NCBI GenBank assembly: GCA_964057225.1
Contig: OZ059899.1
Span: forward strand, 558,001-622,000
DNA length: 64,000 bases
Direction: 5' to 3'
Source of the DNA: Auanema rhodensis
Lineage: Eukaryota; Animalia; Nematoda
In this document: positions 57,914 to 64,000 of the stretch, piece after piece
Layout: every line of letters begins with the position of its first letter
Numbering within the stretch: the stretch's first letter is position 1
Notes under the pieces: generated by a model
Databases searched by the model: none
What the model was told of the DNA's origin: nothing
What the model saw: only the letters and a program-made list of their open reading frames with translations
Program-made: the position numbers and the translations under genes

Positions 57914-59849
57914 ATCACGTGTACATTTAATTAGCATAAATTAAAGTTCACGTAAATTTCAAAGTCATGGTTACCATGCACCAATATCAATAAAAATTTG
58001 TTTTTAGACTAATATGGACATGGGGAATCTTATTTTGGAAACCGAATCTCTTTATCTTTCACGTGAAGCGAGTTACATACCAAGTGCACATCACGTGTAC
58101 ATTTAATTAGCATAAATTGAAGTTCACGTAAATTTCAAAGTCATGGTTACCATGAACCAATATCAATAAAAATTTGTTTTTAGACTAATATGGACATGGG
58201 GAATCTAATTTTGAAAACCGCATCTCTTTATCTTTCACGTGAAGCGAGTTACATACCAAGTGCACATCACGTGTACATTTAATTAGCATAAATTAAAGTT
58301 CACGTAAATTTCAAAGTCATGGTTACCATGCACCAATATCAATAAAAAATTTTTTTTAGACTAATATGGACATGGGGAATCTAATTTTGAAAACCGCATC
58401 TCTTTATCTTTCACGTGAAGCGAGTTACATACCAAGTGCACATCACGTGTACATTTAATTAGCATAAATTAAAGTTCACGTAAATTTCAAAGTCATGGTT
58501 ACCAAGCACCAATATCAATAAAAATTTGTTTTTAGACTAATATGGACATGGGGAATCTAATTTTGAAAACCGCATCTCTTTATCTTTCACGTGAAGCGAG
58601 TTACATACCAAGGGCACATCACGTGTACATTTAATTAGCATAAATTAAAGCTCACGTAAATTTCAAAGTCATGGTTACCATGCACCAATATCAATAAAAA
58701 TTTGTTTTTAGACTAATATGGACATGGGGAATCTAATTTTGAAAACCGCATCTCTTTATCTTTCACGTGAAGCGAGTTACATACCAAGGGCACATCACGT
58801 GTACATTTAATTAGCATAAATTAAAGCTCACGTAAATTTCAAAGTCATGGTTACCATGCACCAATATCAATAAAAATTTGTTTTTAGACTAATATGGACA
58901 TGGGGAATCTAATTTTGAAAACCGCATCTCTTTATCTTTCACGTGAAGCGAGTTACATACCAAGTGCACATCACGTGTACATTTAATTAGCATAAATTAA
59001 AGTTCACGTAAATTTCAAAGTCATGGTTACCATGAACCAATATCAATAAAAATTTGTTTTTAGACTAATATGGACATGGGGAATCTAATTTTGAAAACCG
59101 CATCTCTTTATCTTTCACGTGAAGCGAGTTACATACCAAGGGCACATCACGTGTACATTTAATTAGCATAAATTAAAGTTCACGTAAATTTCAAAGTCAT
59201 GGTTACCATGAACCAATATCAATAAAAATTTGTTTTTAGACTAATATGGACATGGGGAATCTAATTTTGAAAACCGCATCTCTTTATCTTTCACGTGAAG
59301 CGAGTTACATACCAAGTGCACATCACGTGTACATTTAATTAGCATAAATTAAAGTTCACGTAAATTTCAAAGTCATGGTTACCATGCACCAATATCAATA
59401 AAAATTTGTTTTTAGACTAATATGGACATGGGGAATCTTATTTTGGAAACCGAATCTCTTTATCTTTCACGTGAAGCGAGTTACATACCAAGTGCACATC
59501 ACGTGTACATTTAATTAGCATAAATTAAAGTTCACGTAAATTTCAAAGTCATGGTTACCATGAACCAATATCAATAAAAATTTGTTTTTAGACTAATATG
59601 GACATGGGGAATCTAATTTTGAAAACCGCATCTCTTTATCGTTCACGTGAAGCGAGTTACATACCAAGTGCACATCACGTGTACATTTAATTAGCATAAA
59701 TTAAAGTTCACGTAAATTTCAAAGTCATGGTTACCATGCACCAATATCAATAAAAATTTGTTTTTAGACTAATATGGACATGGGGAATCTAATTTTGAAA
59801 ACCGCATCTCTTTATCTTTCACGTGAAGCGAGTTACATACCAAGTGCAC

Positions 59850-59941
59850 ATCACTTTAGACTAATATGGACATGGGGAATCTAATTTTGAAAACCGCATC
59901 TCTTTATCGTTCACGTGAAGCGAGTTACATACCAAGTGCAC
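59850..59941 (-). repeat. Truncated 92-bp monomer, copy 3
   Basis: Identical breakpoint at 59854/59855. Confidence 0.95.
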
Positions 59942-62933
59942 ATCACGTGTACATTTAATTAGCATAAATTAAAGTTCACGTAAATTTCAAAGTCATGGTT
60001 ACCATGCACCAATATCAATAAAAATTTGTTTTTAGACTAATATGGACATGGGGAATCTTATTTTGGAAACCGAATCTCTTTATCTTTCACGTGAAGCGAG
60101 TTACATACCAAGTGCACATCACGTGTACATTTAATTAGCATAAATTGAAGTTCACGTAAATTTCAAAGTCATGGTTACCATGAACCAATATCAATAAAAA
60201 TTTGTTTTTAGACTAATATGGACATGGGGAATCTAATTTTGAAAACCGCATCTCTTTATCTTTCACGTGAAGCGAGTTACATACCAAGTGCACATCACGT
60301 GTACATTTAATTAGCATAAATTAAAGTTCACGTAAATTTCAAAGTCATGGTTACCATGCACCAATATCAATAAAAAATTTTTTTTAGACTAATATGGACA
60401 TGGGGAATCTAATTTTGAAAACCGCATCTCTTTATCTTTCACGTGAAGCGAGTTACATACCAAGTGCACATCACGTGTACATTTAATTAGCATAAATTAA
60501 AGTTCACGTAAATTTCAAAGTCATGGTTACCAAGCACCAATATCAATAAAAATTTGTTTTTAGACTAATATGGACATGGGGAATCTAATTTTGAAAACCG
60601 CATCTCTTTATCTTTCACGTGAAGCGAGTTACATACCAAGGGCACATCACGTGTACATTTAATTAGCATAAATTAAAGCTCACGTAAATTTCAAAGTCAT
60701 GGTTACCATGCACCAATATCAATAAAAATTTGTTTTTAGACTAATATGGACATGGGGAATCTAATTTTGAAAACCGCATCTCTTTATCTTTCACGTGAAG
60801 CGAGTTACATACCAAGTGCACATCACGTGTACATTTAATTAGCATAAATTAAAGTTCACGTAAATTTCAAAGTCATGGTTACCATGAACCAATATCAATA
60901 AAAATTTGTTTTTAGACTAATATGGACATGGGGAATCTAATTTTGAAAACCGCATCTCTTTATCTTTCACGTGAAGCGAGTTACATACCAAGGGCACATC
61001 ACGTGTACATTTAATTAGCATAAATTAAAGTTCACGTAAATTTCAAAGTCATGGTTACCATGCACCAATATCAATAAAAATTTGTTTTTAGACTAATATG
61101 GACATGGGGAATCTAATTTTGAAAACCGCATCTCTTTATCTTTCACGTGAAGCGAGTTACATACCAAGTGCACATCACGTGTACATTTAATTAGCATAAA
61201 TTAAAGTTCACGTAAATTTCAAAGTCATGGTTACCATGCACCAATATCAATAAAAATTTGTTTTTAGACTAATATGGACATGGGGAATCTAATTTTTAAA
61301 ACCGCATCTCTTTATCTTTCACGTGAAGCGAGTTACATACCAAGGGCACATCACGTGTACATTTAATTAGCATAAATTAAAGTTCACGTAAATTTCAAAG
61401 TCATGGTTATCATGCACCAATATCAATAAAAATTTGTTTTTAGACTAATATGGACATGGGGAATCTAATTTTGAAAACCGCATCTCTTTATCTTTCACGT
61501 GAAGCGAGTTACATACCAAGGGCACATCACGTGTACATTTAATTAGCATAAATTAAAGTTCACGTAAATTTCAAAGTCATGGTTACCATGCACCAATATC
61601 AATAAAAATTTGTTTTTAGACTAATATGGACATGGGGAATCTAATTTTGAAAACCGCATCTCTTTATCTTTCACGTGAAGCGAGTTACATACCAAGTGCA
61701 CATCACGTGTACATTTAATTAGCATAAATTAAAGTTCACGTAAATTTCAAAGTCATGGTTACCATGAACCAATATCAATAAAAATTTGTTTTTAGACTAA
61801 TATGGACATGGGGAATCTAATTTTGAAAACCGCATCTCTTTATCTCTCACGTGAAGCGAGTTACATACCAAGGGCACATCACGTGTACATTTAATTAGCA
61901 TAAATTGAAGTTCACGTAAATTTCAAAGTCATGGTTACCATGAACCAATATCAATAAAAATTTGTTTTTAGACTAATATGGACATGGGGAATCTAATTTT
62001 GAAAACCGCATCTCTTTATCTTTCACGTGAAGCGAGTTACATACCAAGGGCACATCACGTGTACATTTAATTAGCATAAATTAAAGTTCACGTAAATTTC
62101 AAAGTCATGGTTACCATGCACCAATATCAATAAAAATTTGTTTTTAGACTAATATGGACATGGGGAATCTAATTTTGAAAACCGCATCTCTTTATCTTTC
62201 ACGTGAAGCGAGTTACATACCAAGTGCACATCACGTGTACATTTAATTAGCATAAATTAAAGTTCACGTGAATTTCAAAGTCATGGTTACCATGCACAAA
62301 TATCAATAAAAATTTGTTTTTAGACTAATATGGACATGGGGAATCTAATTTTGAAAACCGCATCTCTTTATCTTTCACGTGAAGCGAGTTACATACCAAG
62401 TGCACATCACGTGTACATTTAATTAGCATAAATTAAAGTTCACGTAAATTTCAAAGTCATGGTTACCATGCACCAATATCAATAAAAATTTGTTTTTAGA
62501 CTAATATGGACATGGGGAATCTAATTTTGAAAACCGCATCTCTTTATCTTTCACGTGAAGCGAGTTACATACCAAGTGCACATCACGTGTACATTTAATT
62601 AGCATAAATTAAAGTTCACGTAAATTTCAAAGTCATGGTTACCATGAACCAATATCAATAAAAATTTGTTTTTAGACTAATATGGACATGGGGAATCTAA
62701 TTTTGAAAACCGCATCTCTTTATCGTTCACGTGAAGCGAGTTACATACCAAGTGCACATCACGTGTACATTTAATTAGCATAAATTAAAGTTCACGTAAA
62801 TTTCAAAGTCATGGTTACCATGCACCAATATCAATAAAAATTTGTTTTTAGACTAATATGGACATGGGGAATCTAATTTTGAAAACCGCATCTCTTTATC
62901 TTTCACGTGAAGCGAGTTACATACCAAGTGCAC

Positions 62934-63025
62934 ATCACTTTAGACTAATATGGACATGGGGAATCTAATTTTGAAAACCGCATCTCTTTATCGTTCACGT
63001 GAAGCGAGTTACATACCAAGTGCAC
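62934..63025 (-). repeat. Truncated 92-bp monomer, copy 4
   Basis: Identical breakpoint at 62938/62939. Confidence 0.95.
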
Positions 63026-64000
63026 ATCACGTGTACATTTAATTAGCATAAATTAAAGTTCACGTAAATTTCAAAGTCATGGTTACCATGCACCAATATC
63101 AATAAAAATTTGTTTTTAGACTAATATGGACATGGGGAATCTTATTTTGGAAACCGAATCTCTTTATCTTTCACGTGAAGCGAGTTACATACCAAGTGCA
63201 CATCACGTGTACATTTAATTAGCATAAATTGAAGTTCACGTAAATTTCAAAGTCATGGTTACCATGAACCAATATCAATAAAAATTTGTTTTTAGACTAA
63301 TATGGACATGGGGAATCTAATTTTGAAAACCGCATCTCTTTATCTTTCACGTGAAGCGAGTTACATACCAAGTGCACATCACGTGTACATTTAATTAGCA
63401 TAAATTAAAGTTCACGTAAATTTCAAAGTCATGGTTACCATGCACCAATATCAATAAAAAATTTTTTTTAGACTAATATGGACATGGGGAATCTAATTTT
63501 GAAAACCGCATCTCTTTATCTTTCACGTGAAGCGAGTTACATACCAAGTGCACATCACGTGTACATTTAATTAGCATAAATTAAAGTTCACGTAAATTTC
63601 AAAGTCATGGTTACCAAGCACCAATATCAATAAAAATTTGTTTTTAGACTAATATGGACATGGGGAATCTAATTTTGAAAACCGCATCTCTTTATCTTTC
63701 ACGTGAAGCGAGTTACATACCAAGGGCACATCACGTGTACATTTAATTAGCATAAATTAAAGCTCACGTAAATTTCAAAGTCATGGTTACCATGCACCAA
63801 TATCAATAAAAATTTGTTTTTAGACTAATATGGACATGGGGAATCTAATTTTGAAAACCGCATCTCTTTATCTTTCACGTGAAGCGAGTTACATACCAAG
63901 TGCACATCACGTGTACATTTAATTAGCATAAATTAAAGTTCACGTAAATTTCAAAGTCATGGTTACCATGAACCAATATCAATAAAAATTTGTTTTTAGA

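Larger units (their letters stand above)
39053..64000 (-). repeat. Same 176-bp satellite in reverse-complement orientation, right arm (~144 monomers)
   Basis: From 39053 the sequence reads AGCGAGTTACATACCAAGTGCACATCACGTGTAC, the reverse complement of the left-arm monomer. The period is 176 except for four 84-bp deletions and two 1-bp deletions (GGGG to GGG at about 46050 and 49217). Confidence 0.99.
55620..64000 (-). repeat. Higher-order repeat marked by the truncated monomer (units of 11, 12 and 18 monomers)
   Basis: Deletion breakpoints are spaced 1852 (10x176+92), 2028 (11x176+92) and 3084 (17x176+92). Each is followed by the same ordered variants: ATCGTT, CTTATTTTGGAAACCGAATC, TTGAAG, A6T8, CAAGCACC and AAAGCT. 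Confidence 0.92.

Noticed and set aside
1-64000. CRISPR array or other repeat-spacer system
   Set aside because: There are palindromic motifs but no unique spacers. The entire 176 bp is repeated nearly identically and no cas-like ORFs are present.
1-64000. Information-bearing code in the binary A5C/T111G allele pattern
   Set aside because: The pattern is adequately explained by overlapping segmental duplications of monomer blocks; nothing in the sequence supports a coding role.

Overview
The whole window is one AT-rich (~32% GC) tandem satellite array with a 176-bp monomer and about 365 copies. I find no genes, RNA genes, transposons or CRISPR arrays. The + strand consensus is GTGCACTTGGTATGTAACTCGCTTCACGTGAAAGATAAAGAGATGCGGTTTTCAAAATTAGATTCCCCATGTCCATATTAGTCTAAAAACAAATTTTTATTGATATTGGT[T/G]CATGGTAACCATGACTTTGAAATTTACGTGAACTTTAATTTATGCTAATTAAATGTACACGTGAT. 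Monomer length and homogeneity resemble a eukaryotic centromeric or pericentromeric satellite, but I do not recognise the family or host. The main structure is a single abrupt orientation switch at 39051/39053. The left arm (1-39051, + strand) has 221 full monomers plus one partial, and the right arm (39053-64000, - strand) has about 144. Monomer variants are layered in mirror order around the junction: a proximal variant set occupies about 15-39 kb and 39-49 kb, and a distal set occupies 1-14 kb and 50-64 kb. Each arm also has private mutations and its own higher-order repeats. This fits an older inverted (fold-back) duplication followed by independent arm turnover better than a simple inversion or a read artefact. 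The right arm carries an amplified 92-bp monomer with an 84-bp deletion (4 copies). The three 60-aa ORFs are stop-codon point variants of the monomer. All variant positions were read by eye.
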